Shown: positions 7,563 through 18,188 of the stretch, piece after piece
How positions within the stretch are numbered: position 1 is the first letter of the stretch
Layout of the letters: each line of letters begins with the position of its first letter
Assembly (NCBI GenBank): GCA_038884615.1
Contig: JAWABL010000005.1
Span: 45-64,044, forward strand
Source of the DNA: Candidatus Woesearchaeota archaeon
Lineage (GTDB): Archaea; Nanobdellota; Nanobdellia; Woesearchaeales; DSVV01
Length of the DNA stretch: 64,000 nucleotides
Direction: 5' to 3'
Notes under the pieces: generated by a model
Seen by the model: the letters and a program-made list of their open reading frames with translations, nothing else
Databases searched by the model: none
What the model was told of the DNA's origin: nothing
Position numbers and translations under genes: made by a program

Positions 7563-9329
7563 TTAAGATTTCCTTTTTTTCTGTCCAGCAAATAATCCTT
7601 GTATGGTTTTTAGCGTGTCTATATCCTTGATAGACTTGTCGTCTCTCAGTCTTATGAATCTTGGAAATCTTAATGCATATCCACTTGAGTAAGATGGTGA
7701 TTTTTGAATCTCTTCATACTTTACTTCAATTACCACCTTCGGTTTAACTACCGCAGTTCTGCCTTTCTCTTCAATAATAAGCGGTTTAAGAATGTCGGTC
7801 ATTTCCTTGAAACTGGTTCCCTCTTCTTCAAGCTCTTTTAGTCCTGTGCTTACTTTTCCAACTTCAAGAAGCTTATCGCCATCTCTGCATGCAAGAGTAT
7901 AGCTTGTAAGCATCTTTGCTCTTTTGCCTTCTCCCCACTCAGCAGCTACAATAGCAAGGTCAAGGCTTTCCATTGTAGGTTTTATCTTTACTCCATACCC
8001 TACTCTGCTTCCTGGCTTATAGACTGCACTTAAGTTTTTTCCCATTATGCCTTCATTGCCCCTATCCAATGCTTCTTGATAGAATTTTTCTGCTTCTTCT
8101 CTAGTTTTTGCTATAATGAGCCGTGAAGGAAGAATCTTCCTTTCTATAGGTTCTATAATCCTGCAAATTAGTGCTCTTCTCTCATTAAAGGGCATTGAAA
8201 TCGTGCTTTTTCCGTTATAATAAAGAATATCAAAAACATTGACTTCAACTGGAAAATCTCTTGCCATTTCAGAGATATTGTACTTTCTCCTTATTCTTTG
8301 AGATATGCTTTGAAAAGGAAGGTACTGGTTTGTTTTTGGCTTTAAACCCACTGCTTCTGAGTCAAGTATGAAGCTTTCACCCCTAACATACTTCTTAACA
8401 TATTCTATGATGTCTGGAAACTGCTCAGTTACATTCTCAAGCCTTCTTGTAAAAAGTGCTATCTTTTTTTCGTCTTTATGTATCTGCACCCTAAATCCAT
8501 CGTATTTATACTCAAATGCTGCAGGCTTCCCTACTATATCAAAAGCGTCGTTTATGTCCTTGGCTTTTTTAAAAAGCATTACCTGGACAGGCCTGCCTGG
8601 TTTTAATTCAGCTTCCTCTATGGCTTTAGTGCCTTTTGTTTTAATTTTATTGGCAATCTCACCATAGTCGTTTGTTATGTCATAAGCCTCCTGTAAAAGG
8701 TTTATATAGCGATTATATTCATCTCTTCGTCCTTCTGGAATTATAAGCTCTTTTTTTCCTTCATCATAACTAATTCCTAATTCCTTTGAGAAAAAAGCCC
8801 AAACTATCGCGTCTCTTATTGCACTTTCACCTATCCCAACTCGGAGGTCTTCAAGTATTGTTCTTACGATATATCTTGCTTCTTCAGGTTTCGAGCTCGT
8901 CAAAAGCTCTGCAATAAGTTTTATCTTCTGCTCAACAGAACCTTCTCCTTCAAGTTCTGCAAGCTTCTTGATGTTTGAGAAAACCTTTTTTACGCTTAGC
9001 TCGCATTTTCCGAGAGTGTGTTGTCTTTTTTTCTGAAAAATTTCAAGAGCCGCAGTTCCTAAATCACCTGTTTTTTTCCATCTCTCCTCAACTTCTCTTA
9101 GGCTCAATCCTGATGCCAGGCTAATTGCTTTTAGAATAAGCTTAGATGCAACGCCAATCTTTCTTTCATCATACGAAGGAAACACTTTACCTTCTAATAG
9201 AAGAAGAATTTCCTGAATGGTTTCAGGAGATGTTTTCTTGATTAGCTCTGCGATTATATGCGTCTTTTCAAGCCTTTTTGTGGTCTTTTCCAGTTTTGAA
9301 TAAACTTCTGCAAGCTCAGAATATTGCAT
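7563..9329 (-). CDS. lig: ATP-dependent DNA ligase (archaeal/eukaryotic type)
   Basis: Adenylation motif I is FEYKYDGFRVQIHK. Length (588 aa) and the downstream EG..KxxxSxYxPGxR-like motif (YKPGSRVGYGVKIKP) fit the family. Confidence 0.9.
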   Translation of the reverse strand: MQYSELAEVYSKLEKTTKRLEKTHIIAELIKKTSPETIQEILLLLEGKVFPSYDERKIGVASKLILKAISLASGLSLREVEERWKKTGDLGTAALEIFQKKRQHTLGKCELSVKKVFSNIKKLAELEGEGSVEQKIKLIAELLTSSKPEEARYIVRTILEDLRVGIGESAIRDAIVWAFFSKELGISYDEGKKELIIPEGRRDEYNRYINLLQEAYDITNDYGEIANKIKTKGTKAIEEAELKPGRPVQVMLFKKAKDINDAFDIVGKPAAFEYKYDGFRVQIHKDEKKIALFTRRLENVTEQFPDIIEYVKKYVRGESFILDSEAVGLKPKTNQYLPFQSISQRIRRKYNISEMARDFPVEVNVFDILYYNGKSTISMPFNERRALICRIIEPIERKILPSRLIIAKTREEAEKFYQEALDRGNEGIMGKNLSAVYKPGSRVGYGVKIKPTMESLDLAIVAAEWGEGKRAKMLTSYTLACRDGDKLLEVGKVSTGLKELEEEGTSFKEMTDILKPLIIEEKGRTAVVKPKVVIEVKYEEIQKSPSYSSGYALRFPRFIRLRDDKSIKDIDTLKTIQGLFAGQKKRKS

Positions 9330-9435
9330 GCTTATTTATTTGTTGGTGAAGTTTAAAAAATTTTTGCAAAAGTTTTTATATATGAAATATATAAAGAGAA
9401 TCTATCAAGATTTAATTGTAATAATTAATAATTAG

Positions 9436-10137
9436 GTGTTTGATGCTATGGATGTTTTGGAATGCATAAGGACACGGCGTTCGATAAGAAAGTTTCAGGA
9501 TAGACCTGTGGAGTGGGAAAAAGTTGGGCGAATGCTTGAGGCTGGAATGAACGCTCCAACTGCCGGAAATATTCAGGACTTTAAATTTATAATTATTTTA
9601 GATCCTGAAAAAAAACAGGCGCTCGCAGAAGCGTGTCTTCAGCAGTATTGGGTAGCGTCTGCACCAGTAATAATCTTACTGTGCTCAGACTTTACAAAAA
9701 CACAGCGATTTTATGGAATAAGAGGTGAAAGACTCTATTCTATTCAAGATTGCGCCGCCGCTGCAATGAATATGCTTCTTGCAGCACACGCCCAGGGGCT
9801 TGGTGCTTGTTGGGTAGGTGCTTTTGACGAGGATGCTGTAAAAAAAATAGCAGGCATACCTGATTATGCAAGGCCACAGGTTGTGATACCAGTTGGCTAT
9901 CCTGGCGAGAGTGTACCCGCACCACCTAAGTTTAAGATAGAGAATGTGGTTTTCATTCACCGCTGGGGAAGGAGGGAATGGAATTTTGACACAGAAGGCG
10001 TTAAAGACTGGAGTCCTATCGTAGAGGCGAAGATAAAGAAAGTCAAAGGTGTTTTGCAGACAGATGTTGGAACGCTTTTTGACAAGCTTGACAAAAAAGT
10101 AAAACAGATTTCAGAGAAATTTAGAGCAAAAAAATAA
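9436..10137 (+). CDS. Nitroreductase-family flavoprotein with a charged C-terminal extension of about 50 aa
   Basis: RRSIRKF motif, plus P.AGN.Q and ACWVG segments. ATG at 9448, 10 nt after AGGTG, is the more likely start than GTG 9436. Confidence 0.8.
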   Translation: MFDAMDVLECIRTRRSIRKFQDRPVEWEKVGRMLEAGMNAPTAGNIQDFKFIIILDPEKKQALAEACLQQYWVASAPVIILLCSDFTKTQRFYGIRGERLYSIQDCAAAAMNMLLAAHAQGLGACWVGAFDEDAVKKIAGIPDYARPQVVIPVGYPGESVPAPPKFKIENVVFIHRWGRREWNFDTEGVKDWSPIVEAKIKKVKGVLQTDVGTLFDKLDKKVKQISEKFRAKK

Positions 10138-10576
10138 TTCCTTAAAATAAATGATTCCTAATCTCTTTTTGGCTAGGTTTATCTGCTTTTTTTCATATTA
10201 TCTGTTTTTTATTTTTAATGTATTTTTTGTATCTTTTGTTGTTGGTGTATTAATGTATATTTCTAAATATGTTTTTAAGTTTAGAAATATTTAAATATTA
10301 TTTGTTCATTTAAAATTAGAATTAAATAAGAGTTTTTGGGCAAAACTCTTGTTTATGGGCAAATAAATTTTTTCAGTCGGTAAAAAATTTGTTAGTTAAA
10401 TTTATTGGTAAAAGTTTTTTTCGTAGCTTGTGGGCGCAAGCAACAAAAAACTATTTCTAAGCAGAATTAGATGCGGAACTTTTATTTAAAGTTTTCGCTA
10501 GTCTAAAATATGCTTCAAAATTTATATTAGAATCATTAAAATTTTTTAGGTTAAGGACTAAAGTGAGGGGTGTAAA

Positions 10577-11656
10577 ATGGTGTCTTTGGGAAGTGCCAGT
10601 GCTTCTTGTGAGCAAGACGGATCTGAGGGAGTAGAGGCAAAGTCAGCAACAATAAAGGTGGTCGGTTGCGGCGGCGCTGGAAATAATATGGTATCATGGC
10701 TATATAAAAAAGGGGTTGAAGGAGCCGAGCTTATTGCTTTCAATACAGACCAGCAGCATCTTAAGATAAGCGAAGCAGACAAGAAATTTCTTATCGGAAA
10801 AGAAGTCACAAAAGGGCTTGGTTGCGGAGGATTCCCTCAAAAAGGCAGGGAGGCGGCACAAGAATCATTAGCAGAAATAAAAGAGTGCATAAAAGGAGCG
10901 GACATGGTCTTTGTTTGCGCGGGAATGGGAGGTGGAACTGGAACCGGCTCTGCTCCTGTGGTTGCACAGCTCGCGAAAGACAGCGGGGCTATTGTCATAG
11001 GTACAGTGACAATGCCTTTTAGAATTGAGCGAGCCAGAGTTGAGAAGGCAGAGTTTGGCCTTGCAGAGCTTCGCAAATGGTCTGATACAGTAATAGCTAT
11101 AGACAATAATAGGCTTGTTCAGGTAGCTGGTAATCTTCCTATAAAACAAGCTTTTGCTGTTGCAAACGAACTTGTGGCAAACATGATAAAAGGTATTGTT
11201 GAGATAATTTCAGTTCCTTCGCTTGTAAATCTTGATTTTGCAGATGTAAAGGCAATAATGACAAATGGTGGAGTAGCAGTCATTGGTGTAGGAGGAAGCG
11301 ACACTGCAAATCGCGTCGAAGAGGCTGTTAGAGGTGCGCTTTCAAACCCACTTCTTGAGATAAGCTATGAAGGCGCAACCGGTGCTCTTGTCCATGTTGT
11401 AGGAGGCCCCGATATGACTCTTGATGAAGTAAGTAGAATTGGAGAACTTGTTACAGAAACAATGGATGATGATGCAAATGTCATCTGGGGTGCTAGAATA
11501 CTTGATTCAATGGAAGGCAAGATTCAGGTCATGACCATTATTACAGGTGTTAAGACTCCATGGTCGCATCAAAGGCAGAAAAAGCATGTTGTGGAAAGTC
11601 CGGAGGTGCACGAAGAGCATGAAGAAGATGGCTTCGGCATAGAGATAATCCATTAA
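10577..11656 (+). CDS. ftsZ: Cell division GTPase FtsZ
   Basis: [10 protein letters not shown] and the tubulin signature [17 protein letters not shown]-like GAGGGGTG lies upstream. Confidence 0.93.
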   Translation: MVSLGSASASCEQDGSEGVEAKSATIKVVGCGGAGNNMVSWLYKKGVEGAELIAFNTDQQHLKISEADKKFLIGKEVTKGLGCGGFPQKGREAAQESLAEIKECIKGADMVFVCAGMGGGTGTGSAPVVAQLAKDSGAIVIGTVTMPFRIERARVEKAEFGLAELRKWSDTVIAIDNNRLVQVAGNLPIKQAFAVANELVANMIKGIVEIISVPSLVNLDFADVKAIMTNGGVAVIGVGGSDTANRVEEAVRGALSNPLLEISYEGATGALVHVVGGPDMTLDEVSRIGELVTETMDDDANVIWGARILDSMEGKIQVMTIITGVKTPWSHQRQKKHVVESPEVHEEHEEDGFGIEIIH

Positions 11657-11729
11657 TGTTCACCCCTTTTAGTCTGAGGTGAGTTATTTCTTTGCCTTCG
11701 TTATCACCCCCAACAACCGAAGGCAGGTT

Positions 11730-11759
11730 TGCCCCGGCATCGGGGCATTTTCTTTTTTT
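11730..11759 (+). terminator. Hairpin plus oligo-T downstream of ftsZ
   Basis: TGCCCCG-GCAT-CGGGGCA (11730-11747) is followed by TTTTCTTTTTTT. It is preceded by a second hairpin, GCCTTCG (11694-11700) with CGAAGGC (11718-11724). Confidence 0.4.
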
Positions 11760-11817
11760 ACAATAAAAGCATAGTCATTCAAAACTTATTTAAACCTATA
11801 TTTAGCACTACTAAAAA

Positions 11818-12765
11818 ATGGAAGAGGTATCGCATGTAGGAGAGCATTTTTCTTCTCCCAAAAACTCTGATGTTAATGACTTGGCTCATAAATATAGCGA
11901 CTGGATTGTGGCGGGAAGAATCGCGGCACAAGTGAGAGAGTTCTCAAAACCTCTTATTTCAAAGGGTGCGAGCATACTTGAAATTGCAGACAAAATTGAG
12001 GCAAAGATTAGGGAGCTTGGAGCAAAGCCTGCTTTTCCTGTGAACCTTTCGATAAATGATGTTGCTGCCCATTATACTCCAGTTATGGATGACCCCTTAG
12101 TTCTTGATGACCAGGTCATTAAAGTTGACATTGGCGTGGTTTATAACGGGGCGATAGGGGACACAGCATACACTGTTGATATTTCAGGCAAATATTCTGA
12201 CCTTGTCAGAGCTTCTGAGGAGGCTCTTAATAATGTTGTTAGGGAAATTCATCCAGATATAACTCTTGGTGAGATTGGAAGGATAATACAAGAAACCATA
12301 CAGAGTTATGGGTATTCTCCTATAAGAAATCTTTGTGGCCATGGACTAGGTATAAATAGCGTTCATCAGAAACCTTCAATTCCAAATTATGATAGTGGCG
12401 ATGTATCAAAGCTAAAAATAGGCTCTTGTTTTGCTATTGAGCCTTTTGCAACAAATGGAAGAGGGCTTATAAAAGAAAGCATTGGTGCTATGATATTCTC
12501 GCAGATTGCTTCAAAGCCTGTAAGAAGCCAGAACGCAAGGCAGCTCTTCTCTGATATTTACAAGTACAATGGGCTTCCGTTTGCCACTAGATGGTTTAAG
12601 GATACATACACCGAGGCAAAACTTAATCTTGGGCTTAGAGAGCTTAGGCTTGCAGGAAACATAAGAGACTATCCTCCACTAACTGAGATAAGCAAGGGTA
12701 TTGTAAGCCAGGCAGAGCACAGCTTTTTTGTGGCAGAAGATAAAATAATAGTTCTCACCAAATAA
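11818..12765 (+). CDS. map: Methionine aminopeptidase, type 2 (archaeal)
   Basis: AAHYTP, DIGV..NGAIGDTAYT, CGHGLG, FAIEPFAT and QAEHSF metal-ligand motifs in order. Confidence 0.88.
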   Translation: MEEVSHVGEHFSSPKNSDVNDLAHKYSDWIVAGRIAAQVREFSKPLISKGASILEIADKIEAKIRELGAKPAFPVNLSINDVAAHYTPVMDDPLVLDDQVIKVDIGVVYNGAIGDTAYTVDISGKYSDLVRASEEALNNVVREIHPDITLGEIGRIIQETIQSYGYSPIRNLCGHGLGINSVHQKPSIPNYDSGDVSKLKIGSCFAIEPFATNGRGLIKESIGAMIFSQIASKPVRSQNARQLFSDIYKYNGLPFATRWFKDTYTEAKLNLGLRELRLAGNIRDYPPLTEISKGIVSQAEHSFFVAEDKIIVLTK

Positions 12766-12855
12766 ATTAAAAACGACAAAATTAAAAGATAGATGAAATT
12801 TGCAAAAAAACTTTCATTAATAAAGTCATTAATACTATCTATTCTTTATTTAATG

Positions 12856-14133
12856 TTATTTGACATTGTCTTTGAAATCAGCCAAGAACTCTTTTAAGCC
12901 CATACTTTTTTCTTCACCTGTGGCTAGGTCCTTTATTTTTATCTTTTTGGTTTTTAATTCGTCTTCTCCAATTACCACCATCTTTTTTGCTTTTATTGAT
13001 TTTGCATATTTTATCTGATTTGAAAGATTTCTCCTCATAATATCTATCTCGACGCTCCTTTTTTTGCGTAGGATGCTTGCAATATTAATCGCTTCTTCTC
13101 TTGCAGCATCACTTATTATCGCAATATAATAGTCTGGCGACATTTCTGGCTCTGGAATCAACCCCTTGTCTTTCAAAAGCATGGAAAGAGTTGAGAGTCC
13201 CATGCCAAAGCCGGTTGCAGGGGTCTTTTCACATCCATAAATAGCAAGGAGATTGTCGTACCTCCCCCCTCCGCAAAGCGACCTAAATTTTTCTTCAGAA
13301 TCGAATATCTCAAAGACTGTGCCTGTATAATATGCAAGCCCCCTTACGACAGACATATCAAATCTTACGAAATCTTTATTCGTGTATTTAAGCACTTCCA
13401 TAAGCTCAAGTAGCCCCTCCTTAGAGGGCTTATTAAGATTCTTTTCTAATAGAATTTTTATGTCAATATTAAACAATGATTTTATGCTTTCAATCTGTTC
13501 CTTTCTCAGAAAGCTTAGCTCTTCTTCAAACATCTTCTCAGAAATCTTCTTTTTTTTGTCAATAACTCTAAGCACTTTAGCCAGGTCTTCTTCATTTTTT
13601 TCCTTTATAATCTCCATAAGTAGCCCTGTGAGAAGCTTTCTGTTGTTAATTTTTACAAAAAAATCATTAGTTCTTAGACCAAGAGACACAAGGCACTCTA
13701 TTGCAAGATTTATGACCTCTGCATCTGCCTCTGGATTATTAGAACCATATACCTCTGCATTGAATTGGAAGAACTCTCTCTGCCTTCCTGCTTGTGGTCG
13801 CTCATACCTCCACACCTTGCCTATTGTAAACCATTTCACAGGCTTTTGTAGCTCCTTATGCTTTTCTATGAACGTTCTTGCAAAGCTCGGTGTGAATTCT
13901 GCACGCAAAGCAAGCCTCTCACTCCCTTTTCTTTCTAGATTGAATATCTGTTCTTTTATCTCTTCTCCTTGCTTTGCTGCAAGTAGCTCAAAGCTTTCTA
14001 TACATGGAACATCAATCTCCTGAAAATTAAAAGCCCTTGCAGTTGTTTTAAAGACGCTGAAAATCTTATTTTTTATGTAAGCTTCATTTGGATAATAGTC
14101 CAAAGTTCCTTTTACTTTTGAAAATTTTGCCAT
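12856..14133 (-). CDS. hisS: Histidyl-tRNA synthetase
   Basis: Class II motifs FRAEFTP, WRYERPQAGRQREFFQFNAEVYG and GGGRYDNL, with a C-terminal anticodon-binding domain. Confidence 0.9.
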   Translation of the reverse strand: MAKFSKVKGTLDYYPNEAYIKNKIFSVFKTTARAFNFQEIDVPCIESFELLAAKQGEEIKEQIFNLERKGSERLALRAEFTPSFARTFIEKHKELQKPVKWFTIGKVWRYERPQAGRQREFFQFNAEVYGSNNPEADAEVINLAIECLVSLGLRTNDFFVKINNRKLLTGLLMEIIKEKNEEDLAKVLRVIDKKKKISEKMFEEELSFLRKEQIESIKSLFNIDIKILLEKNLNKPSKEGLLELMEVLKYTNKDFVRFDMSVVRGLAYYTGTVFEIFDSEEKFRSLCGGGRYDNLLAIYGCEKTPATGFGMGLSTLSMLLKDKGLIPEPEMSPDYYIAIISDAAREEAINIASILRKKRSVEIDIMRRNLSNQIKYAKSIKAKKMVVIGEDELKTKKIKIKDLATGEEKSMGLKEFLADFKDNVK

Positions 14134-14352
14134 GTTTGCAGTTTAGTCCTCACTTGGTATTTATATTTTTCCAGCGATTTTCTAGAGATAATCAAAAGAT
14201 ATAAATATTACCTCTTATAGTAAAAAACATTTTAGTGTGGGTTTTTATAAATTATTTTATTGTTAACTAAAAAAATAGTGGCTGAAAAGGACATATTAAA
14301 GAATAATTAAGGAATAAAAAAATTAAGAAATAAAAAATTGGGGTGGTAGAGA

Positions 14353-15300
14353 ATGTCTAAAAGAGTGTTTGAGAAAATTTATAAAAGAGCAGAGATGGGA
14401 GTAGGTACTCTAATAATATTTATTGCTATGCTTCTTGTCGCTGCTGTTGCAGCCGGAGTGCTTATTCAGACAGCAGGAAGTCTTCAGGAGAAAGCACTTT
14501 CCACAGGGCAACAAGCAAGAAGCCAGATATCAACGAACGCAGAAACTATTGAAGTTTCTGCAACAGATGGAAGAGGAGGAAACCTCACTGATTTTACACA
14601 GTATCTAAAACTTTCTCCTGGCTCTGACCCAATAAAACTTGATCAGGTTATCTTTACATTTAATACAAAAGACAGCACAGCGACGCTTAAGTATAGAGGA
14701 GAAAATAGCATCTGTGACAAAAACAATATAAACGGTTATAATACCTGGAATGCTGAAGAGATAGATTCTGATGTTGATAATAGTAGCAGCACAGACTATA
14801 TGCTTGAAGAAGACCTTGATGATGACGGAGCAAATGACTATGTTTTTGTTGCAACAAGCACAAGTGTTAACTTTAGCTTGAGTACTGCAGGCATGATTAA
14901 CATTACAATACCTAACATCTCTGGCGCAAGTGAAACCCCTGTTGCAGTCAATGTAGCAAACCAAGCATTGATAAAAAACGGAACAACATACGGTTATGTT
15001 ACAATTTCTGGGACTACAAATACCAACATGACCATCCTTGCAAATATGACCTTCACAGTTACTCCATATAGGCGAGGAGAAGGATATTTTGCAGTTGAAT
15101 ATGAACAACAGGGTACCAATTGGGTAAATGGAAACCTACAGAGAGGAGATATTATTAAGATGTGCTATGAAGCGCCTGCTCAGATAGGAGAAGATGAGGA
15201 GATAAGGCTGAATTTTATCCCAAAGATTGGAACCTCAACACTGACACAGTTTGTCACGCCTGATGTGATAAGCACAGAGAGAGTTTACCTTTATCCTTAA
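14353..15300 (+). CDS. arlB: Archaellin (archaeal flagellin, FlaB/ArlB family), paralog 1
   Basis: Class III signal peptide followed by the conserved hydrophobic N-terminus: KRA|EMGVGTLIIFIAMLLVAAVAAGVLIQTAGSLQEKALSTGQ. The termini are near-identical to the gene at 52513-53775. Confidence 0.8.
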   Translation: MSKRVFEKIYKRAEMGVGTLIIFIAMLLVAAVAAGVLIQTAGSLQEKALSTGQQARSQISTNAETIEVSATDGRGGNLTDFTQYLKLSPGSDPIKLDQVIFTFNTKDSTATLKYRGENSICDKNNINGYNTWNAEEIDSDVDNSSSTDYMLEEDLDDDGANDYVFVATSTSVNFSLSTAGMINITIPNISGASETPVAVNVANQALIKNGTTYGYVTISGTTNTNMTILANMTFTVTPYRRGEGYFAVEYEQQGTNWVNGNLQRGDIIKMCYEAPAQIGEDEEIRLNFIPKIGTSTLTQFVTPDVISTERVYLYP

Positions 15301-15367
15301 TCTTCAAGTAGGTACACTATTTAGGAAACAGTGTTGTATTTTTAATTTTTAATATTTATATCTTCTT

Positions 15368-16063
15368 TTATTTTATGCTTCTTTCTTCTATCTCTTTTAA
15401 TATTTTTAGAATGTCTTCAAATCTTTCAATAATGAAATCAGCGGTTGCAGACGGATTTTTGTTCATTGAATAGCCGTATTTGGCAAAAACTGTTTTTATC
15501 CCTAGTGATCTCGCTCCGACAATATCTCTTTCCGGCCAGTCGCCTATGAAAACTGCTTCAGTAGGCTTTACTTTCAATTTTTTTATTGCGAGTGCAAATG
15601 GCTTTTTATGCGGTTTATGTTTTCCAGTGTCCTCAAAGCATACCACAACATCAAAAAAACTGTCCAGTCGCATCTCAACAAGCCTTAGCCATGCCTTTAG
15701 CGTTGGTGCGTCAGTCACAATGGCCAATTTTAGCCCTTTTTCTCTAAGCTTTATAAGTGTTGGTACAACGCCTGGGTAGGGCTCAATAAGTCCGACTTGT
15801 ACCTTTCTATATGCGTAAATTCCATTTGCAAGAATCTTATAGTCAATTTTCCTGTTTACTTTTTTTAGAAATTCTTGAAATATCTGGCTGTATTCTATTC
15901 CGTACTTGTCGTACAAATCAAAGAGTGTTTTTAGTCCTTTCTTTTTTTCAATATTAAGCCCTGCTGAAATCATTGCACTTATCGCTGCGTCACAACATTC
16001 CTTTTTCATTCGCATAAAATCAATCAAGGTATTATCAAGGTCAAATAATACAGCTTTAATCAT
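15368..16063 (-). CDS. HAD-superfamily hydrolase (subfamily IA)
   Basis: Motif I is VLFDLDNTLIDF. Motif II is IVTDA. Motif III/IV is K.KP...FIGDW. Confidence 0.8.
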   Translation of the reverse strand: MIKAVLFDLDNTLIDFMRMKKECCDAAISAMISAGLNIEKKKGLKTLFDLYDKYGIEYSQIFQEFLKKVNRKIDYKILANGIYAYRKVQVGLIEPYPGVVPTLIKLREKGLKLAIVTDAPTLKAWLRLVEMRLDSFFDVVVCFEDTGKHKPHKKPFALAIKKLKVKPTEAVFIGDWPERDIVGARSLGIKTVFAKYGYSMNKNPSATADFIIERFEDILKILKEIEERSIK

Positions 16064-16382
16064 CTGCTACCTCTACTGAAAAAAATTCATCCCCTTCCTT
16101 AACTTCTTTTATTACTTTTAGCTTTACTTTTGCTTTATCAGGCTTTCTGCCTTTTAGCACTTTCTTAAGCTGCTCTGCAAGGTCATAGTCCCATACAAAC
16201 CAGAACTTGTCTGCCGGCAATCCATCCTCTTCTATTACCTGGCACTGAAAGAGGCTTCCATTTGGAAACCTCGCAAATTTCCATGAGGTAATCTTGACTA
16301 CTTTTACCTTTCCTGAAGGAATCCTTAAATAAACCTCTTTTGAGGATTGTATCCTCTGTTTTGAGTATTTCCACTTCTGCAT
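16056..16382 (-). CDS. Hypothetical protein (108 aa); its stop overlaps the HAD start by 8 nt
   Basis: ORF with an operon-like overlap. No recognisable motif. Confidence 0.45.
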   Translation of the reverse strand: MQKWKYSKQRIQSSKEVYLRIPSGKVKVVKITSWKFARFPNGSLFQCQVIEEDGLPADKFWFVWDYDLAEQLKKVLKGRKPDKAKVKLKVIKEVKEGDEFFSVEVADD

Positions 16383-16476
16383 TATTACTGCAGAATAAGC
16401 CTTATTTATAAAACTTTATCTTTTATTGATTAATAGGTCTTCTCTACTCTCTACTTCCTCTCCTATTTTTAATTCT

Positions 16477-18033
16477 TTATCTATTTTTTGTTATGTAGTT
16501 TGCAGCGGACCTTGCTTTCATAGCAGGAACTGCGTAATGAAATATGCCTGAAGAGGGTAGGTCAAGTGCAGACTTTAAATGAGGGTTTAACATATAAAAC
16601 TCATCTTCAGACATTCCGTACTTTGTGCATAGTTCAGAAACAATATTGCTTACGGCCGCTTTCCCTCTCTGTGATGGGACTTTTATTATTTCGTTTGGCT
16701 TTATACCCGTTTTTATCTTATTCAGAGATTTAATGGAATCAACAGAAACACCATATCTCTTTGCAATTGATTGAATCGTATCTCCTTTCTTAACTGTGTA
16801 CATTGTATATGGAGAGTAGTAGCCCTCCATTATTGAGAACATGCTTGCAAAATCTGTTTTTTTACTAGACAAGTAAGTATCTAAGCCTTCGCGCTCAATT
16901 ATCTTTTTAACAGCATACCATTTTGGTGGATAATTTAGTGTTTCCTTAACAAACCCCTCAATCTCTTTAGTGCATCTGTAGTCCTTTCTTTTGCATCGCT
17001 CTTTTATCTCTTTTAGTCTGTTTCCATTAAATCTCAAAAAACCATCGTAATTAAAACTTATGCCATTCTTGTTGCTGCTGTTGCTATTACAGTAGACCCA
17101 TAATCCTCTTGTTTGGTTTCTTGGCATTCCGCTGTTATACTGTGCAAGCATTAATGGTACTATACTTGTTGGTTCTGTGTTGTTCTTAAAGAATTTTTGT
17201 TCATCCTTGAGAAACTCTGCGGCTTTTATAGTAGCTAGAAGAGAAAACTTTCTTTCATCATATACACTCCCTACAATAGGGGTTTTTATAGCTTTGACTT
17301 TTCCGCTTTCTGTTATATACTTGGTTTTATACCCTATAGTACCTATTCTATTGTCAATAAATAGACCATATTTTTTTGCAGTTGATGGAATAAACTGCCA
17401 TAGTCCAACAGCGCCTCTATTTGAAACGGCTTCAGGGTCTCCTGCAGACTCTGTTATGAAGAGATAAACTAGGTCTTCAGATAGGCCATGTTCTCTAAAA
17501 ATTCTCTTCATTGCAGGTATGATATGCATGTTCTTTTGTAATGCTTTTTCAATAGTTCCTTTGTGAGAGCCAGAAGAATATTTCTCAATCCATTTATAAA
17601 CTAAGAATTCGTTTGCTTTGGCAGGTTCATTTATTAGGTACTTGATTAGTTCATTAATCTCATTTTCATCAAGTCTTATACTTGTCCCATTTTCATAGAC
17701 AGAATCTGTTATGCTTTCAAGCGATGTATCTTTTATTGGTGTCAGTGAGGTCTTTTGCTTGTCTACTATTTTTCTTGAATTTTCAACTGTTTCTTCTAAA
17801 TTTGAGGTCTCTTTTTTTTTCTTGCCTTGATTATAGGTGTTTTCTACATATTTAGATGATTTTTCATATATTCCCTGTATAAGGCTAGAAGTATTGTTTA
17901 CTAGTTTATTAACTGTTCCGGGCATATATGACTCTATACCTAAGGTCAAGGCAGTTACACCTATCAAGGTCTCCAATGCCCTTCTTTTGACTCTTTGCCA
18001 TCTGTTTAGTTTTATTATAGGGTATTCTCTCAT
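16477..18033 (-). CDS. Membrane-anchored family-1 lytic transglycosylase (SLT domain) with a C-terminal LysM domain (MltD-like)
   Basis: N-terminal hydrophobic segment LIGVTALTLGI. SLT motifs ITESAGDPEAVSNRGAVGLWQFIPSTAKKYG and AQYNSG. LysM segment YTVKKGDTIQSIAKRYGVSVDSIKSLNKI...IIKVP. Confidence 0.8.
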   Translation of the reverse strand: MREYPIIKLNRWQRVKRRALETLIGVTALTLGIESYMPGTVNKLVNNTSSLIQGIYEKSSKYVENTYNQGKKKKETSNLEETVENSRKIVDKQKTSLTPIKDTSLESITDSVYENGTSIRLDENEINELIKYLINEPAKANEFLVYKWIEKYSSGSHKGTIEKALQKNMHIIPAMKRIFREHGLSEDLVYLFITESAGDPEAVSNRGAVGLWQFIPSTAKKYGLFIDNRIGTIGYKTKYITESGKVKAIKTPIVGSVYDERKFSLLATIKAAEFLKDEQKFFKNNTEPTSIVPLMLAQYNSGMPRNQTRGLWVYCNSNSSNKNGISFNYDGFLRFNGNRLKEIKERCKRKDYRCTKEIEGFVKETLNYPPKWYAVKKIIEREGLDTYLSSKKTDFASMFSIMEGYYSPYTMYTVKKGDTIQSIAKRYGVSVDSIKSLNKIKTGIKPNEIIKVPSQRGKAAVSNIVSELCTKYGMSEDEFYMLNPHLKSALDLPSSGIFHYAVPAMKARSAANYITKNR

Positions 18034-18188
18034 AATTCTACTTAAAATATACTTATTTATAAATTTTTCGCTACTTACTAGTAGTTATTTGTTGTTTTTC
18101 TAGTAAGAATTGGTAAGTTCTGAAAAATTACAACCTACAATAGTAAATAGTCTAACTATAAATAAAAATGCTGCAAATAAAAATAGTC

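Noticed and set aside
10138-10576. Possible small RNA or tRNA in the 440-bp region upstream of ftsZ (hairpins GAGTTTT-GGGC-AAAACTC and GCTTG-TGGGCG-CAAGC; palindrome TTTCTAAA...TTTAGAAA)
   Set aside because: No cloverleaf or known RNA motif could be assembled. Short hairpins are expected by chance in AT-rich promoter DNA. It is left as ordinary regulatory or intergenic sequence.
11673-11685. 13-nt match (TCTGAGGTGAGTT) between the ftsZ 3' region and the MITE core (54025-54037)
   Set aside because: It is too short to establish a third element copy. It contains the SD-like GAGGTGA, which is expected to recur. There is no flanking similarity.
13382-14023. 213-aa ORF antisense to hisS, and similar antisense ORFs at 20298-20900, 21836-22309, 8368-8667 and 62106-62522
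   Set aside because: Each lies opposite a gene with clear family motifs. The translations are Ser/Leu/Phe-rich mirror artefacts of Lys/Glu-rich sense frames.
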